Source of the DNA: a virus
IMG/VR virus record: IMGVR_UViG_3300045978_000284
Span: 32,001 to 96,000 of that record
DNA: 64,000 nt
Direction: 5' to 3' (one strand)
The position numbers and the translations under genes were made by a program. A model generated the notes under the pieces. That model was not told the DNA's origin, searched no databases, and saw nothing but the letters and a program-made list of their open reading frames with translations. Shown here piece by piece: positions 38,833 through 47,666 of the stretch. Every line of letters starts with the position of its first letter. The first letter of the stretch is position 1.

Positions 38833-38907
38833 CGGGGCGTGGCGCAGAGGGAGCGCGCCTGGCCTGGGACCAGGAGGTCGCCGGTTCGAGTCCGGCCGCC
38901 CCGACCA
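38833..38907 (+). tRNA. tRNA-Pro(TGG)
   Basis: Acceptor CGGGGCG/CGCCCCG, anticodon arm CCTGG-CCTGGGA-CCAGG, T-arm GCCGG-TTCGAGT-CCGGC, ACCA end. Confidence 0.9.
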
Positions 38908-38908
38908 C

Positions 38909-39121
38909 ATGAAGGTCACCCAGTTCACGGCGGACCGCTCGGTCGAGGGCCAGATCACCTACCGGATCGACCTGGACGACGCCACCTTCCGCGAGCTGGT
39001 GTCCCTGAACCTGGACCAGCGCCCGATGGTGGCCGAGCTCTGGCGGGACTACGAGACCGACCAGGTGGAGATCTACACCGAGGACCAGCTCTGGGGCCGC
39101 CTGTCGGCGGTGCCTGTCTGA
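38909..39121 (+). CDS. Small acidic hypothetical protein
   Basis: ATG one base after tRNA CCA; coding-like codons. Confidence 0.6.
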   Translation: MKVTQFTADRSVEGQITYRIDLDDATFRELVSLNLDQRPMVAELWRDYETDQVEIYTEDQLWGRLSAVPV

Positions 39122-39159
39122 GGAACCCTCAAAACCCTCGAAACCATCCGGAGGCTCCC

Positions 39160-39729
39160 ATGCTGACTGACCAGATCCTCCACGGCTTCCTCTGGGACCA
39201 GGCGCGCGGCGAAGCCATCGGCCTTGGGCGGTTCGTGTACCTGCGGCGGAGCACCCGGCTCGGCGTCGAGGACCGGCAGCTCCTTGAGCGGCGGCTCGTA
39301 GACGAGGTGAACCACGGGGCCTGGCTCACGGCCCGGGCGCGGCACTACGGCCCGCGTCCTGTCCAGGGCGGCCCGGTCTGGGACACCTGCGAGCGGGACT
39401 ACCACGGCCAGGTCGCCGGCGCGATCAGCCCGGAGGAGATGCTGGTGTACGCATACCTCCCGGAGCGCTTCGCCACCAGGGTCCTGCAGCGGGCCGCCGG
39501 CGACGTCCGGGTGCACGGCGACCGGGAGACGGCCGACCTCCTGGACCAGCTCGTCCTGGACGAGCAGCGCCACGTCCGGGAGAACGGCGCCCTCCTGCAG
39601 CGCTGGGTGGCCGACCCGGAGATCGGCCCCGGGATCCGGGCCGCCTGGCACGCAGCACTCCGGGGGAACTACCACAAGTCCCTGTTCTCGGCGCCCCTGC
39701 CCGTCGGCCAGCTCCCAGCCCAGCCATAG
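39160..39729 (+). CDS. Ferritin-like di-iron protein
   Basis: GGAGG RBS; GE...DEVNH...PER...DEQRH. Confidence 0.8.
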   Translation: MLTDQILHGFLWDQARGEAIGLGRFVYLRRSTRLGVEDRQLLERRLVDEVNHGAWLTARARHYGPRPVQGGPVWDTCERDYHGQVAGAISPEEMLVYAYLPERFATRVLQRAAGDVRVHGDRETADLLDQLVLDEQRHVRENGALLQRWVADPEIGPGIRAAWHAALRGNYHKSLFSAPLPVGQLPAQP

Positions 39730-39730
39730 C

Positions 39731-39806
39731 AGTCGGACCCAGTCGTACCCAGTCGGACCGGGTCCGACTGGGTCTCGGCAAGCCAAGCCAAGCCAAGCCA
39801 AAGCCA
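39731..39806 (+). repeat. 10-mer tandem repeats, 27-bp palindrome and (AAGCC)n tract
   Basis: AGTCGKACCS x3; ACCCAGTCGGACC-G-GGTCCGACTGGGT at 39747-39773; AAGCC x4 from 39780. Confidence 0.9.
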
Positions 39807-40031
39807 TAGCGTAGACGTAGGCGGCGCGAAAACTGGAAGGTGGCGCCGCGTCCGCGTCCGCTCCGCTCCGCGCGCGCAAGGCGCCCGGAGCTTCGCGGGC
39901 GGAGCCCGGTCGGCCGCTGGCGCGGCGTAGACGTAGGCGGCGGGCGGGCGGCGGGCTGGCGCCTGGACCGCGGCCCGCGGCCGCCGGTGCCCGGACCGCG
40001 GCGAAAAAACGTCGCGCCGTCGGTTCACCCC

Positions 40032-40069
40032 TTGACACCTGTATCTCCCCGTGCGACATTGAACACATG
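40032..40069 (+). promoter_or_regulatory. Early promoter P1
   Basis: TTGACA-17-GACATT, ATG 6 nt downstream. Confidence 0.65.
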
Positions 40070-40153
40070 CCGCACATGACGCGAATCGCCACTAACGCCC
40101 ATGTGACGCGCGCGCCGTTCCCCGCGCGCACTCCGCGCGCTACCGACTGCGAA

Positions 40154-40627
40154 ATGACAATGCCGCGACTGAACCCGACCGCCGCCGCTCCCACGTCCGC
40201 CGCTCCCACGTCCGCCGCTCCCACGTCCGCCGCCGCCGTTGCCGCCGCAACGATCTGGCGCGAGCGGATGGAGCGGTACCTCGCCTCCGCCCGCGCCGAT
40301 GCTGATCTGATCGCGGCGCGCCTCGGCGCCGAGCGCGCGATTCTCAAGTCCCTGCCCGCGACCTCGCCCGCACGCGACGATGTTGACCTCCGCGTGCGAC
40401 GCCTCGCCGTTCGCCATGCCCGCGCTACCGACCTCGTTTCGCGCCGCGTCGGCTGGCTTGAGCGCGCGACCGACGCGCTCAATCGCCTCGCGCCTCCGCC
40501 TCCGCCCGCGCGCCGCTCGCGTCCCACGTCCGCCAAACCCCGCCGCTCGCGCCCGACCTCCGCGCCCGCGCCCGCGCCCGACACCGCGCCCGCGCCCGCG
40601 CCCGCGCCCGAACCCGCCACCGTCTAA
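40154..40627 (+). CDS. Coiled-coil protein with Pro/Ala tails (alternative start 40067); paralog of 47667..48140
   Basis: WRERMERY...RRVGWLERA; GCCGCTCCCACGTCC x3. Confidence 0.6.
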   Translation: MTMPRLNPTAAAPTSAAPTSAAPTSAAAVAAATIWRERMERYLASARADADLIAARLGAERAILKSLPATSPARDDVDLRVRRLAVRHARATDLVSRRVGWLERATDALNRLAPPPPPARRSRPTSAKPRRSRPTSAPAPAPDTAPAPAPAPEPATV

Positions 40628-40701
40628 CCCGCCTCACCGGGGGCGCGCGCGCGGAGTGCGCGCGCCCCTCCACTACTCGCCGCGTGACGACTACCCGGTA
40701 G

Positions 40702-40902
40702 ACGTAGGAGTACTTCGTAGACATTCGTAGGCGGCTGGCGGCTGGCGGCTCGGCCCGGCAGCGCTGGCGGCAGCCCAGGACCTGGCCCAGGCCAAGGACC
40801 TCGGCGCCCAGCTCCCGCGCTCCGGCCGGCGTAGAAACCGTAGAAGCACGTAGGAGTACTTCGTAGACATTCGTAGGCGGCTGGCGGCTGGCGGCTCGGC
40901 CC
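40702..40902 (+). repeat. Two-copy direct repeat of about 55 bp
   Basis: ACGTAGGAGTACTTCGTAGACATTCGTAGGCGGCTGGCGGCTGGCGGCTCGGCCC at about 40702 and 40848. Confidence 0.9.
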
Positions 40903-40962
40903 CTGGCGGCTGGCCATCGGCCAAGCGGCCAAGCCCCGCCCCCAGCCCGGCCCCGGCCCCGC

Positions 40963-41000
40963 TCGCAACCCGGCGGTGACACCGATACCTTATCACCATG
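40963..41000 (+). promoter_or_regulatory. Early promoter/operator P2
   Basis: TCGCAA-17-TACCTT-ATCACCATG. Confidence 0.7.
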
Positions 41001-41006
41001 CGCCCG

Positions 41007-41050
41007 CGTGCCGACCGTGCCGACCGTGCCGACCGTGCCGACCGTGCCGA
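41007..41050 (+). repeat. 9-mer tandem repeat
   Basis: CGTGCCGAC, nearly 5 copies. Confidence 0.9.
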
Positions 41051-41078
41051 GGCCGCAAGTCCACAGGAGGAGGCGACG

Positions 41079-41360
41079 ATGCCGATGACGGCGACTGACC
41101 TGGAAAACCTGGAGACCAACGTGGCGGAGCGACGGAAGGTGGCCCAGTCCCAATTCAACAGGCTGTGGGAGGCGCTCGAGGAGGCAGCGACCGCGCCCCA
41201 GGCGCTGGTGTCGGGCCGGCTCGAAGCGGTGGCGCGCGCGCAGGAGGTGCTCAAGGACAGCCTGAACGCGGCGCAGGGCAAGGTCGCCGGCGTCCGGCTC
41301 CACGGCCAGCCGGTGCTCCGCAGGCCCCAGCGGGTGTACGACGCCGAGCGGTTCGCCTAA
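41079..41360 (+). CDS. Hypothetical protein
   Basis: AGGAGGAGG RBS. Confidence 0.65.
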   Translation: MPMTATDLENLETNVAERRKVAQSQFNRLWEALEEAATAPQALVSGRLEAVARAQEVLKDSLNAAQGKVAGVRLHGQPVLRRPQRVYDAERFA

Positions 41361-41480
41361 GGCGGCTGGCGGCTGGCGGCGCGCGGGCCGGCTCTCGGCC
41401 CGCGGCGCCTACGAGCCAAGCAGGCGGCAGGCGGGCAGCGGGCGGCTGTCGGATCTCAGCTCGGACAGCTCTCCCGGGCT

Positions 41481-41600
41481 CGCCGAAATTCCAGGCGCCG
41501 GCCAAGCCATTCGGGCAGAGCCAACGGCGCGGTCGCGGCAGGACGAGACCAGTCGAGCGGCGTAGGCGGCGCCGAAATTCCAGGCGCCGGCCAAAGCCAT
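41481..41600 (+). repeat. Two-copy 30-bp direct repeat
   Basis: CGCCGAAATTCCAGGCGCCGGCCAA(A)GCCAT at 41481 and 41570. Confidence 0.9.
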
Positions 41601-41631
41601 CAGCACCCAATCAGCTCGGCGCCGGCCTCGC

Positions 41632-41680
41632 TCGCAACCTGGTGGTGACACCGATACCTTGTCACCATGTCGCCATGTCT
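41632..41680 (+). promoter_or_regulatory. Early promoter/operator P3
   Basis: TCGCAA-17-TACCTT; GGTGACA-N9-TGTCACC inverted repeat. Confidence 0.75.
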
Positions 41681-41753
41681 CTACCTCGCCACGACGCCAC
41701 GACGCGCGACCACCGCGCGCGAGCTGGCGACAAATCCCCGAGTGGAGGCGCCA

Positions 41754-42446
41754 ATGTCCGACACGTTTCTCGAACAGCACTTCACACCCACCGAGCGGCG
41801 CTCGATCCGTGCCGCGGCGCGCGAGGTGGCCCAGCGCCAGCTGCAGGCGCAACGCCACCTGGCGCGCAACCGCTACCGGGCGGGCACGAAGCAGGTTGCC
41901 GGGATCTCGGAACTCGGGCTCACGGAGCTCGAGGTGCGGGCCGGTGTCCAGCGTCTCGACCTCGAACACGCCGCCATCAACTCCGCGCTGGAGGCGGGTG
42001 GCGACGTGCGCGCGACGGTGCGCGCGACCAAGGCGAAAGCGATCGTCACCCACGACCCGAAAGGTGAGGCGGCGGTGATCGACCGCCTCGCCGAGATGGC
42101 GGCGGCGCTGCCGCCGACGCTGATCGGCAAGCTCGCCGCCGAATTGAAGGAGGCCCGTCAGCGTGCCGCCAGGCGGGAGGCCGACATCTTCACCGTGGGG
42201 ATGATCGTGGTGGTGCCCACCCTGACCATCCCCTATCCGCCGCGCGCGGGGATCGCGATGGTCGTCGCCAGGAACAAGGCGACCGTCACGATCGAGTACC
42301 AGGACGGCGCGCGCGAACGGCGCCGCGTCTCCCCCGCGTACCTGGAGGCGCCGAAGCAGACGGTGATGCCCCGCAACGCAATCGACGAGCAGGCGCTGAT
42401 CGCGCACCGGCGCCGCCAACTCTTCCCGACGGAGGGTGCCCGATGA
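41754..42446 (+). CDS. Hypothetical protein with C-terminal SH3/KOW-like domain
   Basis: GGAGG RBS; FTVGMIV...G...VV.RN.ATVTI...RVSP..L. Confidence 0.65.
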   Translation: MSDTFLEQHFTPTERRSIRAAAREVAQRQLQAQRHLARNRYRAGTKQVAGISELGLTELEVRAGVQRLDLEHAAINSALEAGGDVRATVRATKAKAIVTHDPKGEAAVIDRLAEMAAALPPTLIGKLAAELKEARQRAARREADIFTVGMIVVVPTLTIPYPPRAGIAMVVARNKATVTIEYQDGARERRRVSPAYLEAPKQTVMPRNAIDEQALIAHRRRQLFPTEGAR

Positions 42447-42847
42447 TCAGCTACAACCTCCCCGACGCCGAACGCCAGGCGATCTTCGCCCGGCTCGGCG
42501 ACATCCGCCGCGACCTCGACCTCATCATGAAGCGCAAGGACGAGAGCAAGGACCGCGCGTACTGGGCGGCGCGCGACGCGCTGATCGCCGAGCGCGACAC
42601 CCTGGGCGCCCGGCTCGATGCCTGCGCCGTGAAGGTGGCCGATCCGCCGCGGCCCACGCCCGCGGCGCAGGCGAAGGCGGCGCTCGCCGACCGCGCGGCC
42701 CAGAACGCCGCACGCTGGGCGGTGCCGACCAAGGCCGCCAGAGCTGCCGCCAGCGAGCAGGCGCTGTTCCACGCCATCGTCGCCGGGGCCGAACGCGAGC
42801 TGACGGCGGCGGGCATCCGAAAACTGATCGAGCGGCTGGCGCAATGA
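42443..42847 (+). CDS. Hypothetical protein
   Basis: ATGA overlap, RBS. Confidence 0.65.
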   Translation: MISYNLPDAERQAIFARLGDIRRDLDLIMKRKDESKDRAYWAARDALIAERDTLGARLDACAVKVADPPRPTPAAQAKAALADRAAQNAARWAVPTKAARAAASEQALFHAIVAGAERELTAAGIRKLIERLAQ

Positions 42848-43035
42848 TCGACAAGCCTCCGGTCTGCTCATCCTGCGGCACGCCTGGCGGGATCCGTCGC
42901 GCGTACGGAGTGCCCTACGCGGTGTCGCCGTGCGGAGCGGTGTGGAAATACAACCATCGGTGGGTTCTCGTTCACCAGCACAAAGACTCGCAGCCGAGTG
43001 GCGTAGGCGAGCAACGAAAGGTGGTGCGGCCATGA
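42844..43035 (+). CDS. Small Cys-containing hypothetical protein
   Basis: ATGA overlaps at both ends. Confidence 0.5.
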   Translation: MIDKPPVCSSCGTPGGIRRAYGVPYAVSPCGAVWKYNHRWVLVHQHKDSQPSGVGEQRKVVRP

Positions 43036-43415
43036 TGATCGTGGACGTTCGGAATCACCTCAAGGCCAAGTGGCCCGACACGCGGTTCTACATCTCGGTG
43101 AAGCACCGCGGATCGGCGAACGGCTCGGACCAGCTGTGCGTGGCCTGGAAGACCGGGCCCGACTGGGTCCAGGTCGAGCGGCACCTGCTCATGATCCTGG
43201 CCGGCGACACCAAGTGGGACGAGTTCATCCTGAGGTCCTGCGACACGGAGGACGTCGAGGCGTACTGGGCGACGATCTGCCTCCGGCACCGCAAGACCAT
43301 GCTCCAGTGCGAGACCTGCCGCTATGACGAGCTGTACGACCGGGAGCCGACCGACGACGAGAAGCTGGCGGCCATCATCTTCCCGGACCGGTTCGGTCCT
43401 GGAGCGATGCGATGA
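43032..43415 (+). CDS. LPD29-like domain protein
   Basis: VR.HLK.KWP.TRF..SV......V.W..GP resembles 59665..60168. Confidence 0.5.
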   Translation: MMIVDVRNHLKAKWPDTRFYISVKHRGSANGSDQLCVAWKTGPDWVQVERHLLMILAGDTKWDEFILRSCDTEDVEAYWATICLRHRKTMLQCETCRYDELYDREPTDDEKLAAIIFPDRFGPGAMR

Positions 43416-43813
43416 GCGACCCGATCGTGGTCCGCGCCCGCTCCCAGAAGGTGCGCTGCCGGCGGGTCAAGATCACGCGCGTCAAGGTGGACGGCGCTAC
43501 GGTCCCGGGCGGCAAGGTGCAGCTGGCCGACGGCCGGTGGGTCGAGCACAAGACGGTGGCCCAGGTCGTCGCCGAGCTGGCGGCCGAGCAAGGCCACGCG
43601 CCCTGGCAGCCGACGATGCGCCAGAAGAAGCCCAAGGCGGCGGCGCCCGCCCCGCCGCCGGCGCCGCCGACCTGGCGCCAGGAGATCAGGAAGGCGTCCA
43701 GCGGGCGGACGACGGCGTTCGCGGCGGCGTTCGTGCTGGCGAGCGGCGTAGGCGGTGCCGCGCGTCGTGGTAGCAGTCCCGCTCCGCCGGCGCCGCTTGC
43801 GACCCGGTGGTGA
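43412..43813 (+). CDS. Hypothetical basic protein
   Basis: ATGA overlap; 3' end runs into promoter P4. Confidence 0.55.
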   Translation: MSDPIVVRARSQKVRCRRVKITRVKVDGATVPGGKVQLADGRWVEHKTVAQVVAELAAEQGHAPWQPTMRQKKPKAAAPAPPPAPPTWRQEIRKASSGRTTAFAAAFVLASGVGGAARRGSSPAPPAPLATRW

Positions 43814-43842
43814 CACCGATACGTTATCACCATGTCGCCATG
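43797..43842 (+). promoter_or_regulatory. Early promoter/operator P4
   Basis: TTGCGA-17-TACGTT-ATCACCATGTCGCCATG. Confidence 0.75.
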
Positions 43843-43911
43843 CTCTGTCCGCGCGCACCAATGCCATCCCGCCCCGGGCCATGGCGACAACTCTCCCAGG
43901 AGGAGGTGCCG

Positions 43912-44118
43912 ATGTACGTCGAGCCGAACTACCCCACCAAGAAGGCCCTGAAGACGGCGGTGGCCGCCGGCAAGGAGGTCTTGGTCTTTCACCCCGGGAT
44001 CGGGCGGGAAATCCGCGACGGCGAGCACGCCGTCGAGGGGCCGCACTACCCGAAGCCGCACACCTGGTACGCCAGGGTGCGGGTGAAGGACTGCCGGGTC
44101 GAGAAGGTCATCAGCTGA
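43912..44118 (+). CDS. Small conserved phage protein
   Basis: AGGAGGAGG RBS; NY.TKKALK.AV...EGPHYPKPH.WYA. Confidence 0.75.
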   Translation: MYVEPNYPTKKALKTAVAAGKEVLVFHPGIGREIRDGEHAVEGPHYPKPHTWYARVRVKDCRVEKVIS

Positions 44119-44324
44119 TTGGAGACTTCAGGCCGGCCCCTCTGCAGTCCGGGGCCGGCATGGTCCGCTGTGCCAGACACAGCCATAGGAGGAGCACATG
44201 AGGAACGGAGACGGGCTCAGGAAGCGGAAGTCGGGAACGTTCGCGGTGGCGTTCGGGCGCGCGCTGGATGCGATGGCGCTGGCCATCTGGTCCGAGCTGA
44301 TCGACAGGTCATAGGAGGACACCA

Positions 44325-44648
44325 ATGGCGGAGAAGAAGCGGAGCCTCGAGCAGGTGCGCAAGGCGGGGCCGGAGGCGTTCGTCATGGACGCCATCGTCC
44401 GGCTCCGGACCGGCAACTACACCGGCATCCACACGGTGTACAGCGGCTTCAACGCCGCGTTCCGGGAGGTGTTCCCGGACGTGGACCCCGTGCAGTTCAC
44501 CCGCGAGCTGTCGGAGGCCGGGAAGCTGGTGATCAAGCCGATCCGTGGCGGGGCGCTCATCACGCGACGGCAGGACTGGAAGGGCGAGCTGCCGGTCAGC
44601 ACGGTCGAGCGGCAGAAGCGCGCCCTGTCGGCGCTCAACATCGGGTAG
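44325..44648 (+). CDS. Conserved hypothetical protein
   Basis: RBS; AI..LR...Y.GIHTVYSGFN.AF...P.RGG motif. Confidence 0.75.
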   Translation: MAEKKRSLEQVRKAGPEAFVMDAIVRLRTGNYTGIHTVYSGFNAAFREVFPDVDPVQFTRELSEAGKLVIKPIRGGALITRRQDWKGELPVSTVERQKRALSALNIG

Positions 44649-44658
44649 GAGGAAGGAC

Positions 44659-45174
44659 ATGAACACGGTGACTGTCATGCCATGCCGCCGCGCTCTGGCT
44701 GGGCTACAGAGCCTCGCCGAGCGGGCGAGGCTCGATCTGCAGGTCCTCGGGGTGCATCGCCCCGAGGTGAAGTCCGAGTTCGGCGACACGGATCGGATCA
44801 TCCGCGTCGCCATCGGGGGCCTCGACGGGCCGCAACGCCGGGCGCTCCTGGCCGCGACCCTGATCCTCCACCGCACGGTGGGCGGCCGGGCGGAGTGGCG
44901 GATCGACCCCGCCACGTCCGCTCTGACGGTCCTGTCGTCGGACCCCGACCGCCAGAGCGAGGGATCCGTGGCGTCGCTCTCGGAGGTCGAGGAGTCCCTC
45001 GACCTCGAGCCCCGGGTGACCCCCGAGGGGGTCACCGTCATGTCGCAGCGCCGGGAGGGGGCGTTGCTGCGGGACCAGATCGTGGCCCGCGTGCTGGGCG
45101 AGTTGGCGGCCCAGTATGTGGAGAGCTGGGCCAGTGAGGAGGAGCACGAGGAAGCGCCGAATCATGGCTCGTAG
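44659..45174 (+). CDS. Hypothetical protein
   Basis: AGGAGG RBS. Confidence 0.6.
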   Translation: MNTVTVMPCRRALAGLQSLAERARLDLQVLGVHRPEVKSEFGDTDRIIRVAIGGLDGPQRRALLAATLILHRTVGGRAEWRIDPATSALTVLSSDPDRQSEGSVASLSEVEESLDLEPRVTPEGVTVMSQRREGALLRDQIVARVLGELAAQYVESWASEEEHEEAPNHGS

Positions 45175-45364
45175 GCTCCGTCCGATCGCAGCGCCGGAAC
45201 CGTACCGCACCGCCCTGGTGCCGGCCAGTCCCGTGAAGGTGGTGCACCTGCGGGTCGAGCGGTCGTCCCAGGCGCTCTGCGGCGTCGTCGTGCGGCCGGC
45301 GGCCCCGATGGTCCGCGGCCGCCTGGCGTGCCCGCGATGCTTCCGGGCTGCGGAGGGAGGGTGA
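45164..45364 (+). CDS. Small Zn-binding hypothetical protein
   Basis: VH...ALCG...CPRC. Confidence 0.55.
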   Translation: MARRLRPIAAPEPYRTALVPASPVKVVHLRVERSSQALCGVVVRPAAPMVRGRLACPRCFRAAEGG

Positions 45365-45519
45365 TGGACGACCCGCGAGTCCTCGTCTTGGTGATCGGCG
45401 CGACGAACGATCGGCCAGTCCCCCGCTTCGTGGCGGGCGTGGTCGTAGGCGCGCTGATTTGTGGCGCCGGTCTTCTGATCCTGCGCCTGGCGATCCTCAT
45501 GATGCCGTGCGCGCACTAG
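45361..45519 (+). CDS. Small membrane protein
   Basis: GGAGG RBS, one TM segment. Confidence 0.5.
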   Translation: MMDDPRVLVLVIGATNDRPVPRFVAGVVVGALICGAGLLILRLAILMMPCAH

Positions 45520-45621
45520 GAGGCAGGAGGCTTAGGTGAGACAGCACTGTCCCTGGCGCCGCGTCGACAACGGAAAGCGCACCACGCTCAGGACCCACAG
45601 GCTGGGTCGGAAAGGATAGCG

Positions 45622-46098
45622 ATGAAAACACAGATTGCGTGCCCCCTGCCGATGCCCTACCCGCTCGACTGGATGCCCTGCGGCCAACCCATGGTCCTGG
45701 CCATCGACACCGGCGATCCCTCGGTCGGCATCTTCGGCTCGTATCTGGAGGAGGTGGACGGCGAGTGCCCGCACGTGGGCGCGGTCAACATGTGCATCGC
45801 CACGAGCGAGGACTGCGCGGCCCAGGAGGCGACGGACTGGTCCGAGAAGCTGCAGGCCCAGGAGCGGATGGTCATGCGCGCCATGTGGGAGGAGCTGTCC
45901 GTCGAGCTGGACCGCGAGAACCAGCCGAGCGCCGAGGAGCTGGCCATGCTCGCCATGTACGAGGGGTCACCAGCCGGCGGCTGGTTTGACGAGGCCGGCA
46001 ACCCGGTCAACGTCGGCGAGTCCGCCGGCCGTTGCCTGGACTGCGGCGGCCCGCTCGGCGACTACGACCAGTGCCTGAACAACTGCGAGCGGTCGTAG
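45622..46098 (+). CDS. Acidic hypothetical protein with C-terminal Zn ribbon
   Basis: GDPSVGIFG; CLDC...CLNNC. Confidence 0.65.
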   Translation: MKTQIACPLPMPYPLDWMPCGQPMVLAIDTGDPSVGIFGSYLEEVDGECPHVGAVNMCIATSEDCAAQEATDWSEKLQAQERMVMRAMWEELSVELDRENQPSAEELAMLAMYEGSPAGGWFDEAGNPVNVGESAGRCLDCGGPLGDYDQCLNNCERS

Positions 46099-46100
46099 CC

Positions 46101-46328
46101 ATGGCGGTCCAGTTCTGGCTGATGGACGGGAGAGCGCCTCGGTGGGACGGCGCGACCATCGACCCCTACGACGTCCCGGACGGCCTCGGGCTGCTGACGG
46201 TCTCGGAGTCGTTGCTGGAAGCCAAGGGCGATCGCGACAGCGGCGCCTTCGGCGATGGCCTGTTCATCGCGGAGGCCACATTCGACGAGCGCAGCTGGCG
46301 GCTGCGCCTGCTGTGGAACGAGCGATAG
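46101..46328 (+). CDS. Hypothetical protein
   Basis: Fills gap between coupled genes. Confidence 0.55.
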   Translation: MAVQFWLMDGRAPRWDGATIDPYDVPDGLGLLTVSESLLEAKGDRDSGAFGDGLFIAEATFDERSWRLRLLWNER

Positions 46329-46338
46329 GAGGAGATAC

Positions 46339-46836
46339 ATGAACCAGGCAGCCATGCTCAGGGTCGCCGGGGAGATCCCGGCACAGTTCTCTCGTCGTCT
46401 GGAGCGGCTCCACCCGACCGCCACGCCGGTGCTGCGCGACGGGATCAGAGAAGTCACGATGGAGAGCGGCGTCGACGACGACATCAGCGCCGCGCTCTTC
46501 GAGCTGATGGCGGAGCTCGAGGACAAGAAGGTGTCGTTCGACTGCTACTTCGGCGCGAGCCTGTACTTCCAGGAGGGCGTGCCCACGCCGATCGCCGAGT
46601 GCATGGGCGGTCTGCGGTGCTCGCGCGGCGGTCAGTCCTCCTACTTCGTCTCCGGCGGAATCCCCTGCACCGCGGTCGGCGAGCTGCCGGTGCGCGACGT
46701 CCCGGAGATCAGCGGCGTGTTCCTGTCGTGGGCGGACCTGAAATTCGTGGAAGACGCGATCAGCGCCGGACGTCCGGGTGCGGCGCTTCAGCGGCTCGAT
46801 CTCCTGGCGGGCCGTCACGTCCAGCCGTTGGCGTAG
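46339..46836 (+). CDS. Hypothetical protein
   Basis: AGGAGG RBS. Confidence 0.65.
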   Translation: MNQAAMLRVAGEIPAQFSRRLERLHPTATPVLRDGIREVTMESGVDDDISAALFELMAELEDKKVSFDCYFGASLYFQEGVPTPIAECMGGLRCSRGGQSSYFVSGGIPCTAVGELPVRDVPEISGVFLSWADLKFVEDAISAGRPGAALQRLDLLAGRHVQPLA

Positions 46837-46840
46837 AGCC

Positions 46841-47083
46841 ATGGGCACGATCCTGACCGGAGAAGGCATCTACCTGTTCCGGATCCTCGCGCTGCGCGGC
46901 GCCGTCCAGCTGGAGGCCAAGGGCATCCGGTTCAAGCGCAGCATGACGGCGCAGGCCAAGCGGGAACTCGGCCTGCCGAAAGGAACCAAACGCGAGAAGG
47001 TGCTGGCGGCGCTCGACGTGGCGGTCGAGGCCCAGAAGCAGGTGACCAGGCCCGGGATCGACGTCCGCAGCACCGAGGCATAG
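46841..47083 (+). CDS. Small basic phage protein
   Basis: I..FR...LR.A..LE.KG. Confidence 0.65.
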   Translation: MGTILTGEGIYLFRILALRGAVQLEAKGIRFKRSMTAQAKRELGLPKGTKREKVLAALDVAVEAQKQVTRPGIDVRSTEA

Positions 47084-47092
47084 GAGGAGCAC

Positions 47093-47512
47093 ATGGGAGC
47101 GGACTTCATCATCCGAGCGGTCAGCGTCGCCCCGCCAGGTCGGCCGCTGGACTGGGAGGCCGGGACGGCACTACTGCAGACGCTGCGCAACCTCCCGATC
47201 TCTCAGTGGCCGGAATCCCTCACGGACTGCGAGGCCGGCACGTCGCCGGCCGACGGCCAGGAAGACGACGTCGACCGCAAGCAGATCTTCGGGTCGGTCG
47301 AGGCCATGATGGCCACCATCCGCAGCATCCACGAGACCGTGGCCGGTGACTTCGAGTTCGACCGTGAGCTGGTCTGTCTGCAATACCCGGATCGCCACAT
47401 CTACATCGTCGGCGGCATGTCCTGGGGGGACGATCCCACCGAGGCGTACCGCGCGATGGCGCGCTTCATCGACTCGGGCATCGCCGACGCGATCGGCTTC
47501 GATTCGGCGTAG
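47093..47512 (+). CDS. Hypothetical protein
   Basis: AGGAGG RBS; GGMSWGDDPT motif. Confidence 0.7.
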   Translation: MGADFIIRAVSVAPPGRPLDWEAGTALLQTLRNLPISQWPESLTDCEAGTSPADGQEDDVDRKQIFGSVEAMMATIRSIHETVAGDFEFDRELVCLQYPDRHIYIVGGMSWGDDPTEAYRAMARFIDSGIADAIGFDSA

Positions 47513-47553
47513 GCGGCACGCCAATGCGCGGCGGCGCCGACGCCCGGCGCGCC

Positions 47554-47603
47554 TTGCAACATGGTGGCGCCCCGCGCACACTGTCACCATGACGATATAT
47601 CCA
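47554..47603 (+). promoter_or_regulatory. Early promoter/operator P5
   Basis: TTGCAA-17-CACACT-GTCACCATGACGATATATCC. Confidence 0.7.
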
Positions 47604-47666
47604 TACCGCGCCGCGATCGCCGCGGCGCCCTGTGCAGCGCACCCCACACCAGAAGGAGACAGCTTC

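Noticed and set aside
39747-39773. Protelomerase target site
   Set aside because: Palindrome is short and no protelomerase gene is visible; kept only as part of the repeat region
39730-41660. Possible CRISPR array
   Set aside because: Repeats occur in two copies or in tandem without regular unique spacers; no cas genes
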